Numbered from the stretch's first letter, positions 40,957 through 51,636 are shown. The stretch: DNA of 64,000 bases from Pelagomonas calceolata (GCA_918797485.1 CAKKNE010000004.1:4092001-4156000), one strand, 5' to 3'. The notes: a model not told the origin generated them from the sequence alone. A program made the numbers and translations.

Positions 40957-43515
40957 CTACGAAGAAGACGCCCCGCGCGCCACGACGAGCCCCTCCCGGT
41001 CTACGTCGCAGCGGTGCAGCGACGCGCCCGCCTTCCAGACCCCTAAGGCTTCCAGCACGCCCGCGCGGTCGTCAGCCTCCTTCGTCACGACCACCAGAAA
41101 CCCGCCGCCGCCCGCTCCACACAAAGCCGCGCCGTGCACGCCCGCCCTTTTCAATGCCGCGAGCATCGCCGCGACGCGCGGCGGCTGCGCGCCCGCGGCC
41201 ATGCGCTTCTTGAGCGTCCAGTACTTGTCCAATTCCTCGCCCACAACCACCGCATCGCCCGTGACCACGGCCGCGGCGGACCGCTTCGCGCCCGCGACGA
41301 GCGACGCGACGTCCTCTACAACACTTCCTTCTTTGGCGCGCCACCGCTCCAGGACGCGGTCCAGGATGTCCCTTGCCAAACGCGCCGTCCCCGTGTAGAT
41401 CAGCACGAAGTGCAAATCAGATGCTGAAGACAGCTCCTTCACGTTCAGTATCAACTTGTCACTTTTCTGCGACACGGCGAGCTTGAAACCGGGGTAGACG
41501 CCGCCAATTTGATCCTGCCAGCCGCCCTTCGTCGTGAGCTCGGCCTCGACTTTTAACGCGTCCTCGACCAATTGTTGCCGCGATCCCTCCCTGAGAACGG
41601 CCACGGCGCACGCCGCTAATATGCTGGACGTGCCGAGTCCAGAGCCCGTAGGCACGCGCGACCAGCTCGTGAGCTCCAGGCCGTGCTGGAGTTGCTCTTG
41701 TAAAGGTGGACCATCGACGTCGACGACGCCCGCCACGACTAGGGCACACTTCAGCAACGCGCAGGGCGCGCGCGGGTCGCTTCTATCCCCTAAATCTTCC
41801 AACGACGTGACGACGCACGTCTGCGTGTCCTCTATTCTGAGGATTAACTCCTTCCTCGCAAGCGGAGAACAGCGGCAGCCGACGGGCCGTTTCCCGTCTA
41901 ATGTGACAGCGACGTTACAAACGGCGCCGCCGGCCTCGTGGCAGATGGGGGGCGTGTCGGACCAGCCGCCGGCCAGATCTATCCTCAAAGGTGCCGTGGC
42001 CGTCACCGTGTGTGAGATGTGGTCTCGTAAGGCGTCGCGCCACGCGAGCTCGGCGCCGCGGTCCGCCTGCTGCAGAATGTCCGCGAGCGATAACTTTTCA
42101 CCAAGCCAGTCATCGGTCAACAACGCGGCCCGCGTCGCGTCCTCCGGCGTTTCCCTGATAGGCCAGAGCCGGGCGGTCCAGAGCGTCTTCGTCGTATCCG
42201 AGGGCCAGACGTCATCGGACTGGAGGCGCTCCAGAACTTGGGAGAAGGGCTCGCCGCGCAACGTATCCATACCTTTGACGTCGTCCTTGACACCCATCAT
42301 AACGCACACAAAACGCCCGTCGCTCAGTTGCGTCTGTTGGAGTAAGGTATCAGGAGGTATTCTAAATCCTGGTGGTAGTCCTCTCACACAGGACACGACG
42401 CAGTTCGCGCCGACGACGTCCAACGATGCGAGGCGCGAGTGCTCCACGAAACTTCCCGCAATTAATGAAGACGCCCCACACGCGACGAGCGAGTTGAGGA
42501 GCACGCCTCTGACACCATCATCTTCACTGGAAGCACCGACCGATTGAGATAAAGCGTGCAAGCCAAGGCCCTCTCGAAAGAGCGACGGTCTGCATAGTAC
42601 ATCGAGCAGTTCCTGCGACGTCCCGACGTGGGCGAAGGCAGAGTCACGAGGCGTCAGGACATGTAGCGGCACGTCGCGGAGCTGCTCATATAGAATCCTT
42701 CTCAGTGATAAGGGTGCGTCCGACTTGAGGGCTAAGAAAGCGTCCTCCGACGCGACGCCGCCGCCATCAAGCGCCTGGATCAAATCCCCGTAGAGCTCGA
42801 CGCGGTGTCGTATCGCGGCGTCGGCCAAGGCTACCAGTTTTCTGGACGTCGCGACGTCGAAGAAGACGACGCCCGAGTCCAGGGCTACCTTGTCGTCGAC
42901 GACGGCGCCGGCCCTCTCGAGTTCGGCAGGAGACGCCTTCTGTAAATATTGAGAGCACCTTCCTTCACGAGACACGTAGACGCCGTGTCTCGTACCGTAG
43001 TCCTTGGGCGCGGGCACGGCGAGGCCCGTGACGCCTTGATTCGCGAGCGAGCCCGGCTCGTCCGGCAGTTTCAATAATACGTCGCCGCAGGCCACGACGA
43101 CACCATGCGCACCGGCGCACAGTTTGAGGAGTTGCTCTATGAGTAAATCGACGGGCGCTTTAGGCGGCACCGTGGGAAGCAGCGACCACGCTTTACCACA
43201 CACGCTCTGCGACGGCGCACGCTGCGAGTCGCCGCCCGAGTGAATTATCAAGATGAGCCTATTATCCAACCACGCGTCTCCTAGTAAATCGTGGGCCGCC
43301 TTGAGGGCGTTGAGCGTGCCCCCGCCCGAACCGATGCGTCGTCCCGCAGGGTCCGCGACGGCAATTGTTTTGGTATGGGCGGGCAGGCTGCGCTTCGCCA
43401 GTTCGATCCGCGCGCTCGTTGCTTGCAACTCGTTGGCCGCTGTGACGACGACTAGTAGTTTGGTTGCCGGCGGTGGTGGGGGCGTCGCGCGGCCGTCGGA
43501 GGCGTAGCTAGCCAT
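40957..43515 (-). CDS. FKGP: Fucokinase-family protein, probably bifunctional L-fucokinase / GDP-L-fucose pyrophosphorylase
   Basis: DPAGRRIGSGGGTLNAL, HSGGDSQRAP, HGVY, HVGTSQE; GHMP kinase PLRIDLAGGWSDTPP, PTGSGLGTSS, GGWQDQIGG, GAGGGGF. Confidence 0.9.
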   Translation of the reverse strand: MASYASDGRATPPPPPATKLLVVVTAANELQATSARIELAKRSLPAHTKTIAVADPAGRRIGSGGGTLNALKAAHDLLGDAWLDNRLILIIHSGGDSQRAPSQSVCGKAWSLLPTVPPKAPVDLLIEQLLKLCAGAHGVVVACGDVLLKLPDEPGSLANQGVTGLAVPAPKDYGTRHGVYVSREGRCSQYLQKASPAELERAGAVVDDKVALDSGVVFFDVATSRKLVALADAAIRHRVELYGDLIQALDGGGVASEDAFLALKSDAPLSLRRILYEQLRDVPLHVLTPRDSAFAHVGTSQELLDVLCRPSLFREGLGLHALSQSVGASSEDDGVRGVLLNSLVACGASSLIAGSFVEHSRLASLDVVGANCVVSCVRGLPPGFRIPPDTLLQQTQLSDGRFVCVMMGVKDDVKGMDTLRGEPFSQVLERLQSDDVWPSDTTKTLWTARLWPIRETPEDATRAALLTDDWLGEKLSLADILQQADRGAELAWRDALRDHISHTVTATAPLRIDLAGGWSDTPPICHEAGGAVCNVAVTLDGKRPVGCRCSPLARKELILRIEDTQTCVVTSLEDLGDRSDPRAPCALLKCALVVAGVVDVDGPPLQEQLQHGLELTSWSRVPTGSGLGTSSILAACAVAVLREGSRQQLVEDALKVEAELTTKGGWQDQIGGVYPGFKLAVSQKSDKLILNVKELSSASDLHFVLIYTGTARLARDILDRVLERWRAKEGSVVEDVASLVAGAKRSAAAVVTGDAVVVGEELDKYWTLKKRMAAGAQPPRVAAMLAALKRAGVHGAALCGAGGGGFLVVVTKEADDRAGVLEALGVWKAGASLHRCDVDREGLVVARGASSS

Positions 43516-43644
43516 ATTGCTGGGGTTACTGCTGCGAGCGCAGTGCTAAGATGGATAACGGATCGCAGCACGCGTGCGCAGGCCAGATTGTGCAGCGCTA
43601 GCGTATGAACGCCGCGGCGCGCCTCTGCCGGCCGACTGCGGCTT

Positions 43645-43668
43645 GCTAGTATCTTACAGGACGCTAGC
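43645..43668 (-). promoter_or_regulatory. Conserved intergenic motif copy 6
   Basis: Reverse complement gctagcgtcctgtaagatactagc between divergent ATGs 43515 and 43852. Confidence 0.65.
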
Positions 43669-43851
43669 GCGAGGAAAACCCTCACAGCGGTTCCAATCGT
43701 ACCTAGAATCCAGAGGCGTCCATTTTACGTTTCAAATTAGCGGGGCAGCGCCGACCCCACTTGAGCCAGACTTAGAGTGCAGTTTGTGGGAGCCATGCGC
43801 ATGCAGCGCCGCAGAGCGGAGTAAGGGCGCAATGGAACCGGGCAGCGCAGG

Positions 43852-46800
43852 ATGACGCAGCCTAACTCGCGTCTTCAGAGCATCATGGAGCAGCAGCAGC
43901 GCGCGCGAGCGCGGGCGGCGCCCGGGGGCGGCGCTGCCTTCCCGGAGGGCCTCGTGGAGTGGACGCGGACCTGCGTTGACGAATGGTACCGACTCTACAA
44001 CCGGCAGCAGGAAGCGGCCAACGTCCCGATCGAGGCGCTGATCGAAGCCTCGCAGGCCGGGGACGGCGGGCCGCGGGCGGACGCCGCGGCCGTGAAGAAG
44101 CTTCAGGAGGAGCTCAAGGCGAAGCACGAGCTGGAGGACCTCCAGTCGAAGAACATCTTCTCGCTGCTCAAGGAGGTCACCATCAAGGGCATCCAGGCCA
44201 AGTGCCTCTACCTGACGAACCGCCAGGCCCGGATGCTGAACCTCGAGAACATGGACAAGTTCGTGATGGCCATGGACTTCGAGCCCCGGCCCAAGCTGGT
44301 GATCAACCTCTTCGAGGCCTTCGCGTCCTTCGGCCACAACGCGTACGACCACGGCCACTGGTCCTACCGCAAGGGCGACATCGACGGCGACCCGTCGGTG
44401 GCGCACGGCGAGCCGGCCGGCGAGCGCGGCCTCTCCGAGACGGAGCGGCGCCTCGGCGAGTTCATCAAGGACTCGCTCCTGCCCATCGCCATCGAGTCCA
44501 ACGCCGTCATCATCATGGGCGCGAACCACTGCAGCTTCAGCAGCATCTTCTCGGCGCTGTCGCAGCGCGAGGCGGCGCGGTGCGGCGGGCGGCTGCCGTT
44601 CTACACGCTCTGCGTCGTCGACGCCATGCACATCAACGAGAACACCAAGGTCGCCGGGACGAACAGCAACACGCTCCACAAGGTGATGCCCCGCTGGAAG
44701 AAGAACGCGGCGAAGCTCGAGGCGATGCTCCTGGAGTCGATGGGCGCGCCGGCGAAGAACCGCTACTGCAACACCTTCGTGCCGCCCGCGACGCACTACA
44801 TCATCGTCGACGCCATCGAGGAGGGCCAGCCGGGCCAGTCGAGGGACAAGTTCGACACCCTCCCCACGAAGACGCTCCGGAGCTACATCACGGCGCGCTT
44901 CGCCGAGACGCTCCCGTCGCTGGCCTTTGGGGCGTTCGCGGCGAAGGACGGCTGGGAGCAGATGCAGCGGTTCTCGAAGTACACCAGCCGGGGGCTCCCG
45001 CTCTTCCTCGTCGACACGAAGATCGTGCCGAAGGCCACGACGCGGCCGCAGACGGACGACGTGCTCGCGGCGTTCAGCAGCGCGAAGGCCTCGAGTTCGG
45101 GCGGCCGAGACGGCGACGAGCTGGCTCGGCGGGCGGTGCGGCGGGCGCGCTTGGGCGGTGGCGACGAAGAGCCCGCGTGGCTCGAGGGCGCGTCCGACAA
45201 GGACGCGAAGTGGCTGAGAACGGCGGCGTACGAGCTGCTGCGGCGCGACTCGGAGCTCGAGGCGCTCCCGCAGGGCTACAACGGCTACCACGCCGGCGAC
45301 GTGAGCTACCTCGTCTACATGCTGCACAGGAACTCCGGCGGGCACAACTCCCCCGGGTCGAGCAGCAAGCTCGGCGCGTCGAGCACGCGCGGTAAATACA
45401 TCCACGAAGTCATGGCCATGCACGAGGAAGTGCTCCGGGAGCGGAGGGAGGGCGCGGCCAAGCGCGCGGACGTCTTCAAGCAAAACATTCGCCGCTGCGC
45501 GGACCTGTTGGTGTGGCTCGACCGTAGAAGGGCGAAAGCGTACCTGGAAAAGTGGCACAAGCACCGCGCCGCGCAGCTCGACGAGTTCAGTACCGAGATC
45601 GCGAGCTGTGCCAATCGGGACACCATCGACGCGACGCTCGCAGATTGGTTCACGAGGTGGTGCGGGACGCTCGTCCGGACGTCGCTTGAAGCGGCGCCGC
45701 GGCGCGAGGGGCGCTGCGCCCGCGTCGTCGGAATGTTTCCGGACGTCTTCGAGCAGACCGTCGTGAGCAGCGGGCCGCACAAATGTTTCGCGGAGGTCCC
45801 GCGGCTCCGGGAAGGCGCGACCATCGAGGCGGCGGTTGACGCCGTGGCGGGCTTCCAGGCGGCGGAGCGCTCCAAGGTCGTCTACCCGGACGCGGTCTAC
45901 ATGGCGAACGATTGGTTGCTCGACACCTACAGCGGCCTCCAGGACGTGCTCGGGAGCGAGCACACGTACGCAGGGAGTCTGGCGGAGCCCGAGCGGCTGA
46001 AGCTAATCGTCGAGAGCGTCGCGGAGATCGACCGCCTGCCCAAGTGCAACACCATCCAAGGCATGCACATCCTGCGGACGGCCTGGAATAAGGTCGACAT
46101 GTACGCACACGTGGCGCAGCGGTGCAAGATCATGTCGAAGGTCTGCTACGCCCTCCTCCTCATGCTCTCGCTTGCGTCGACGTCGCTCGTCATGGCGTCG
46201 GCGTACATGCCCCGGCAGACCGTGTCGGCGAAGGGGCTCAACCAGTACGTGCTCGTACTCACGCTCCTCACGACGGTAAACATCGCGTTCATCACGTACG
46301 TCAAGCCCGAGGAGAAGTGGAAGCAGCTTCGGGCGGCCTCAGAGGCGCTCATTGGCGAGATGTGGAAGTTCCGCACGCGGAGCGGCCACTATCAGCAGAA
46401 CCCCGGCGACCCGCCCAACCAGACGAGCGAGCTCTTCAAGGAATTTGTCGACGATATAGCCACGAACGTGATGAAGTCCGCCACGGTCGCGAACACGGCG
46501 TTCTTTGCCCGTGCGAAGGGCCTCTCGACGCCCGACGCCGAGAGCGCGGCGCTGCGCGATAATGCCCTCTACCGGCACGGCCAGTACCGGTCGCCGCCGT
46601 CGCGTTCGGACAAGCGGTGCGGGTGCCGCCGGAAAACCCCGGTCGCCGCGGGGTATGGTCCCAATGATGGATGCCTCTGGGACGACCACCAGTCGCCCTG
46701 CACGCCGGAGGAGTACCTGCAGCTGCGCGTCCTGCCGCGGCTCCAGTTCTACCAGGGGCGCCTCCCGACCTACCAGCGCCTGGCGGGCCTCTGGGAATCG

Positions 46801-47193
46801 TTGCTTTTGGCGTCTTCGATCTGCGGCGTCGTGCTCTCGTTCTTCCAGGAGGCGCGCTGGAGCCCCATCCCGATCGCCGTGACGATCTGCATCACCGCGT
46901 ACGCGGAGTTCCACGACACGGAGCGGAAGCTCGTTCGCTACTCCGAGGCGATCTCGCGCGTCGACAGCGTCAAGATGTGGTGGGATTCCCTGTCGAACGT
47001 AGAGAAGGTTAGCCTGGCGTGCGTCACGACGCTCGTCTCGACGTGCGAGGACGCGTTCGCGGACGAGCGCGAGGCGTGGGGGTCGTCCTCCGTGGTGTCG
47101 GCCGAGATGGACGCGCGCTCGGGCCGGGGGCCGTCGCACCACAGCAGCCTGAACACCATCGCGGCAGGCGAAACGACGGTCGGGAGGGTATAA
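43852..47193 (+). CDS. Putative SLOG/LSDAT-like N-terminal domain + two SLATT (DUF4231-like) 2TM domains
   Basis: PKLVINL...LLPIAIESNAVIIMG...THYIIVD (TRPM-N/SLOG-like); TM pair + KWKQLRAASEALIGEMWKFRTRSGHY; EYLQLRVLPRLQFY + second TM pair. Intronless, 1113 aa. Confidence 0.6.
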   Translation: MTQPNSRLQSIMEQQQRARARAAPGGGAAFPEGLVEWTRTCVDEWYRLYNRQQEAANVPIEALIEASQAGDGGPRADAAAVKKLQEELKAKHELEDLQSKNIFSLLKEVTIKGIQAKCLYLTNRQARMLNLENMDKFVMAMDFEPRPKLVINLFEAFASFGHNAYDHGHWSYRKGDIDGDPSVAHGEPAGERGLSETERRLGEFIKDSLLPIAIESNAVIIMGANHCSFSSIFSALSQREAARCGGRLPFYTLCVVDAMHINENTKVAGTNSNTLHKVMPRWKKNAAKLEAMLLESMGAPAKNRYCNTFVPPATHYIIVDAIEEGQPGQSRDKFDTLPTKTLRSYITARFAETLPSLAFGAFAAKDGWEQMQRFSKYTSRGLPLFLVDTKIVPKATTRPQTDDVLAAFSSAKASSSGGRDGDELARRAVRRARLGGGDEEPAWLEGASDKDAKWLRTAAYELLRRDSELEALPQGYNGYHAGDVSYLVYMLHRNSGGHNSPGSSSKLGASSTRGKYIHEVMAMHEEVLRERREGAAKRADVFKQNIRRCADLLVWLDRRRAKAYLEKWHKHRAAQLDEFSTEIASCANRDTIDATLADWFTRWCGTLVRTSLEAAPRREGRCARVVGMFPDVFEQTVVSSGPHKCFAEVPRLREGATIEAAVDAVAGFQAAERSKVVYPDAVYMANDWLLDTYSGLQDVLGSEHTYAGSLAEPERLKLIVESVAEIDRLPKCNTIQGMHILRTAWNKVDMYAHVAQRCKIMSKVCYALLLMLSLASTSLVMASAYMPRQTVSAKGLNQYVLVLTLLTTVNIAFITYVKPEEKWKQLRAASEALIGEMWKFRTRSGHYQQNPGDPPNQTSELFKEFVDDIATNVMKSATVANTAFFARAKGLSTPDAESAALRDNALYRHGQYRSPPSRSDKRCGCRRKTPVAAGYGPNDGCLWDDHQSPCTPEEYLQLRVLPRLQFYQGRLPTYQRLAGLWESLLLASSICGVVLSFFQEARWSPIPIAVTICITAYAEFHDTERKLVRYSEAISRVDSVKMWWDSLSNVEKVSLACVTTLVSTCEDAFADEREAWGSSSVVSAEMDARSGRGPSHHSSLNTIAAGETTVGRV

Positions 47194-47372
47194 ATGACCT
47201 CGGCGGCGGCGAACTCCCGGCCACACAAGCTCGCAGCAAGCTTCTCCTTTCTCGTCTCTCTCTACCTTTCTATCAATCAAAATCTAGTAGTAGTAAGCAT
47301 ATGTACATACATCGGCGGCGGCGCGGCGCGCGAACCACACAGATCAACTCCAAATATAAATATTACGCGCGC

Positions 47373-48671
47373 CTACTCCTTCGCCGCCTTGGCGATGCGC
47401 TCCTTCAACCAATCGATCGGCGACTCGAGCTGCTGCCGTTGGAGCGTCGCGAACAAGGCCAGGACGCACGACGCCGCCTTCTCGTCCTTGAGATCCAACA
47501 GAGACTGCTTGACGTCGTCCTCGAGCTCCTCGCGGTCCAAGTTGTACGTCTGCTCCAAGGGCTCGAAGGCGGTCTTCAGCTTCGGGCCGCAGTTCTTGAA
47601 GGAGGGCGGCTCGGGGGGCGCCTTCTTCTTCTCCTCCTTCTTCTCCTTGGCGTGGCGGCGCTTCGGCCGGTCCCGCGACCGCGACCGACTGCGGCTCCGC
47701 TTCCGCGACTTCGCCTCTTCCTTTTTGGGAGGCTTGTCCCTATCGAGAGCGTCGGAGAGCCACTGCGACGGGTTCTGGATGCGCGAGGTTCGCATGATCC
47801 GACGTAAATCGTCGACGACGCGCCGCACCGAGTCCTCCGGCGCATCGCGCAGCTTCCGCCTCACCCGAGGATCGACGGCATCCAATCCAAGACCGTAGTC
47901 CCTTTGTAAAGGTGCAAAGGCCTCCCCCAGCACATCCCGCGGCCGGCACCGGTCCACGAGCCACGCGCTCACGTCGTCAAAAGGCAAACCACCGCGCAGC
48001 GCTCTCCTACAGTCGTCCCCGATCTTCCCCGCCTCCGTCCGCCCCCGCGGCCGTAACCTATCTAACGCGTCGGGATCCACATCCCTCCTCGCCAATCGGC
48101 CACCGAGCCGTCCGAAGAACGCGAAGATTTCCGGGTCGGCGTCGGGGTCGTCGGGACCGTTTTGTGGAGGCAGGCTCGGCGCGCGTGGTGGTACAGGCGG
48201 CGGCGGCGGGCCCGGTTGGTCGTAGTTTGGGGGCGGCGGCCCCGGCCGGGCCTCGGCGGCGCAGCCGCGCGCGATCCACGCCGACACGTTCCTTACTTTG
48301 GCCCGCGGCTGCGCGGCGAGGTGCCGCGCGACGCGCGCCGCGGCCTCGGGCTGCAAGGCGCTTAGCTTCGCAAGCGCGCCCTCGTCCACATCGTTTTCCC
48401 GGAGCCGACCGTCTCGGGCCAAATCTCGTAAAATCGCGCGGCACTCCGCGCCTAACCTTCGATCCTCCCAGGGCGGCGGCCTTCTATTCATCGGCGGCGG
48501 CGGCGGCGACCGCGGCAGCGGCGGCGGCGGCCGCTGCGGCGGCGGGCGCTGCGGCGGCGGCGGGCGCGGCGGCGGCGCCTTCCGCGCCGGCGCCTTGTCC
48601 TTCTTGGGCGGCGCGCGTTTTTTCGGAGGCGACTCGTCGATAGCGCCCTCTTCTCCGCTCTCGCTGCCCAT
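47373..48671 (-). CDS. Pro-rich protein with repeated helical domains resembling the hnRNP Q/R acidic domain, plus RS tract
   Basis: Repeated units ending VRNVSAWI, DDVSAWL, IQNPSQWL, LESPIDWL; RSRSRSRSRDR. Confidence 0.55.
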   Translation of the reverse strand: MGSESGEEGAIDESPPKKRAPPKKDKAPARKAPPPRPPPPQRPPPQRPPPPLPRSPPPPPMNRRPPPWEDRRLGAECRAILRDLARDGRLRENDVDEGALAKLSALQPEAAARVARHLAAQPRAKVRNVSAWIARGCAAEARPGPPPPNYDQPGPPPPPVPPRAPSLPPQNGPDDPDADPEIFAFFGRLGGRLARRDVDPDALDRLRPRGRTEAGKIGDDCRRALRGGLPFDDVSAWLVDRCRPRDVLGEAFAPLQRDYGLGLDAVDPRVRRKLRDAPEDSVRRVVDDLRRIMRTSRIQNPSQWLSDALDRDKPPKKEEAKSRKRSRSRSRSRDRPKRRHAKEKKEEKKKAPPEPPSFKNCGPKLKTAFEPLEQTYNLDREELEDDVKQSLLDLKDEKAASCVLALFATLQRQQLESPIDWLKERIAKAAKE

Positions 48672-49115
48672 GGCTTTTGCTCCTTGGCCCTCTGTTACTT
48701 GGGTGCGAGGGCGAGCGCGGTGGGCGGCGGCCGTCCGAGGTGGTCGCCCTTGTCCTTCAGCGTGTCCTGGCGAGCCGTGTGCAATGTGCCGGCTCCAGGG
48801 TCCCTGTGCGAGGGCTTTTGGGCAGACAGCGAGGGAGCTGCCAAAAGCTGGCTATTTGGAGTGCTGCTCACGCGGCGTCAGCGGAACTAGACAGCAAGGT
48901 GTGCGAGCCTGGGCTCGTGGTAGGTCACAGAAGCATTCAAGAGAATAATAGTTGCATCAGCGCACGCGCAGCGGCTGCCACAGCTCTGCCTGTAAGGGAG
49001 AGCCCCCATCGATATCTCCGCGCGCCGAGCACCCAGGCCGCCATAGACAAGGCAGCATACTGCACGAGACCCGTGCGCGCGACAGCGAGCCATTCCCACG
49101 CCGCCGACGCGCAAG

Positions 49116-49871
49116 ATGTTAGATTTCAGCACCTTCGACTGGGCGACGGCGCCGCTGCACCGCATCGAGGTCGTGGTCACGACGGGGGTGCTCTACGTCT
49201 GGGCCGCGCTCACGGCGAAGCTGTATCTGTGGAAGCACAAGGTGCCGCCGACGAGCGGCACGTCCCGCGTCTTGGCCGCGCACTCCCTCGTGCTCTGCGT
49301 GGGCTCGTTATGGATGTGCGCCGGCGCGATCGGCGAGATACGAAGCCGCATCGCAAGTGAGGGTCTCGCCTGGTTCTTCTGCGAAAGTCAGGATCCACCG
49401 CCGAGGCTCTACGCCTGGGCCTACGCCTACTACCTCTCGAAGTACTACGAACTCCTCGACACGTTCCTCCCGATGGTCATCAAGGGCCGGCCGCCGAACC
49501 ACTTTGGGCTGCACGTCTTCCACCACGCGTGTGTGTTATTGATGGCCTGGGGCTACGTCGAGTACCGCCAGACTTTATGTTTCGGCGGCCTCGTCGCGAA
49601 CACGTTTGTCCACGTCGTCATGTACTACTACTACTTCCGCGCAGCGCTTAAGTGGGCGACGCCGTGGAAGGCCTGGGTGACGCGGCTGCAGATCCTCCAG
49701 TTCTCTGTGTCCTTTTTACTGCTCTGCGTCACGCTGTCGGGGCGCTACGGAGAACTAGGAACGTGCTCGGGCGTTGCCGCTTTGATTGGTAACGCTGCGT
49801 TCAACGCCGTGCTCCTCCTGCTCTTCGTCGGCGTGCTCCGGGCACCAAGGAAGAAATCTAAGGTTAAATAG
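49116..49871 (+). CDS. ELO/GNS1-SUR4 fatty-acid elongase
   Basis: YYLSKYYELLDT, LHVFHH, NTFVHVVMYYYY, TRLQILQF, C-terminal KKSKVK. Confidence 0.93.
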   Translation: MLDFSTFDWATAPLHRIEVVVTTGVLYVWAALTAKLYLWKHKVPPTSGTSRVLAAHSLVLCVGSLWMCAGAIGEIRSRIASEGLAWFFCESQDPPPRLYAWAYAYYLSKYYELLDTFLPMVIKGRPPNHFGLHVFHHACVLLMAWGYVEYRQTLCFGGLVANTFVHVVMYYYYFRAALKWATPWKAWVTRLQILQFSVSFLLLCVTLSGRYGELGTCSGVAALIGNAAFNAVLLLLFVGVLRAPRKKSKVK

Positions 49872-49873
49872 GA

Positions 49874-51232
49874 TTACACAACATTGCCTAGTAGTCTTCC
49901 GGGCGAGCCTCCTAATCTCATGAGGTTCTCGGACGATAATGAGAGCCGCGCGTCGGGCGGCGTCGGGATGTAGACGAGTCTCATGAAAAGACTGATCCCG
50001 ATCACGGCGAGGCCGACGAGGAGCTTTATGGGATGCAGTCCCTGTTGGGCCAGGTACCCAAACACCGCGTGGGCGACGACGTTGCCCACGGCCACCACGG
50101 TCTCGAGCACACCAAACGCCGCGCCTCGCGAAGACACCTTCACGATGTCGCGGACCAGCGCCAGTAACAACGTGGGCAGGCACGCGTGGGAGATGGCGAT
50201 GAGCCCGACACATAAAGGAGCTGGCACCGTCGTGGCGCCGAAGGCGAGGGACGTAAAGCCCGCGACGGCCGCGACCGCCGCCAGGAGGATCGGCGCGGCC
50301 GCGGACGGCGCTCGGTCCGACGCGAGGCCGACGGCCGGCGCCAATAGTACCGAAGCGAGCGGGACCAACGACGCCACGAACCCCGCCTTCTCGACGTCGT
50401 AGCCGTAGATGGTCTTGAGGATCGCGGACGAAAAGTTCTCGAAGACCTTGAAGACGACGACAAAGATCGCATGACACAAGGCCACGAGCCAGAACCGCTC
50501 ACTTCTCAAAAACTGGCAGCCCCAGGTCGAGAAGCAGCTCCCGGACGACGCGCGCCGGATTATCGGCGACGGCGGCGCGTTGGTCGGGGCCGGCGCCACG
50601 GTCGCCGCCGCCAACAACGAAAAAGCCTGGACCACGAGCAGCATCGCCAACGCCGCGCGGTAGTCCCCGAAGTACAACGCCACCGGCGCGCTCAGGCTCT
50701 TGGCCCCGAAGGCCGCCAGATTAGCTGCCGCCGCCAAGACGCCCTGCGCGAAGGCCTCGTCGTCGCCGACGCGCGACGCGGCGGCGCGACACGACACGAC
50801 GGCGCCGCCCTGGCCCAGGCCTAGCACGACACCGCCCGTGTAGATCGCCGCGAGCGTTATACTTTCTGGTTCTTGCGATAGGCCCCAGGCGCACAACGCA
50901 CCACCCAGTAAACATACGGCCGCGAAGAGGGTCAGAGCGTGCTTCCGCAGTCGCGGCGCGTCATACAAAAGACCGCCGAGCACGGGCGCAATAGTAGCAT
51001 TGGGCAGCGCGAACATCGAGTGCAACAAACCGTACTCGCCCTTCGACAGCGGGAGGAGCAGTTGTAAAGCAGACAGCGCGCCCTTGAAGAAGTGGGCGCC
51101 GAAGGGCACCAGGGCCAACAACACGAAGGGCAACGCTCGCAGCGGCCGGCGCGGCGGCGGCGCGTCGTTCAGCTTGGCCTCCTCGATGCCTGGTTCCACG
51201 GTGCGGTAGTCGCCTTGCGGCGGCGGCGCCAT
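49874..51232 (-). CDS. MFS transporter (MFSD1-like)
   Basis: About 12 hydrophobic helices; YGLLHSMFALPNATIAPVLGGLLYD; APAVGLASDR. Confidence 0.78.
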   Translation of the reverse strand: MAPPPQGDYRTVEPGIEEAKLNDAPPPRRPLRALPFVLLALVPFGAHFFKGALSALQLLLPLSKGEYGLLHSMFALPNATIAPVLGGLLYDAPRLRKHALTLFAAVCLLGGALCAWGLSQEPESITLAAIYTGGVVLGLGQGGAVVSCRAAASRVGDDEAFAQGVLAAAANLAAFGAKSLSAPVALYFGDYRAALAMLLVVQAFSLLAAATVAPAPTNAPPSPIIRRASSGSCFSTWGCQFLRSERFWLVALCHAIFVVVFKVFENFSSAILKTIYGYDVEKAGFVASLVPLASVLLAPAVGLASDRAPSAAAPILLAAVAAVAGFTSLAFGATTVPAPLCVGLIAISHACLPTLLLALVRDIVKVSSRGAAFGVLETVVAVGNVVAHAVFGYLAQQGLHPIKLLVGLAVIGISLFMRLVYIPTPPDARLSLSSENLMRLGGSPGRLLGNVV

Positions 51233-51529
51233 GTTTTTTGTCGGGCTGTCTGCAAAAGCCGGTGCTGCACGCAATCGACGCGTGCGCAGTGAAGCCTCAC
51301 GCGTCGCGCTTAATCGACACGCGGGGCTCGCGGCGGCAAGGTTGATTGTGCTGACACCACCAGACTCCAAATGATGGGGTTGCGCTAGATGCACGGCTCA
51401 ATCGATGTAGGCTGATCGCTCAGACCGTTGCGAAGGTAGGAAACTTGCGCTCCGCGACTCCAAATGCCAGCTGCAGTCGCTGCAATGCTACTCAGCTTTA
51501 AGCAAGCAAGCGTGCTGCTTTTTGTGCTT

Positions 51530-51552
51530 GCTAGTGTCTTACTGCCGCTAGC
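51530..51552 (-). promoter_or_regulatory. Conserved intergenic motif copy 7
   Basis: Reverse complement gctagcggcagtaagacactagc, ~300 bp upstream of the MFS ATG 51232. Confidence 0.62.
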
Positions 51553-51636
51553 TAACCACGTAACAAAAGTACTCGGTAGAACACGTGTAGATAACGTGTA
51601 GAAACTGGGAGAAAAGATAAGATCCAAACCCTTACC

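Noticed and set aside
43732..45963. 743-aa antisense ORF
   Set aside because: Shadow of the GC3-rich sense gene 43852..47193; no motifs.
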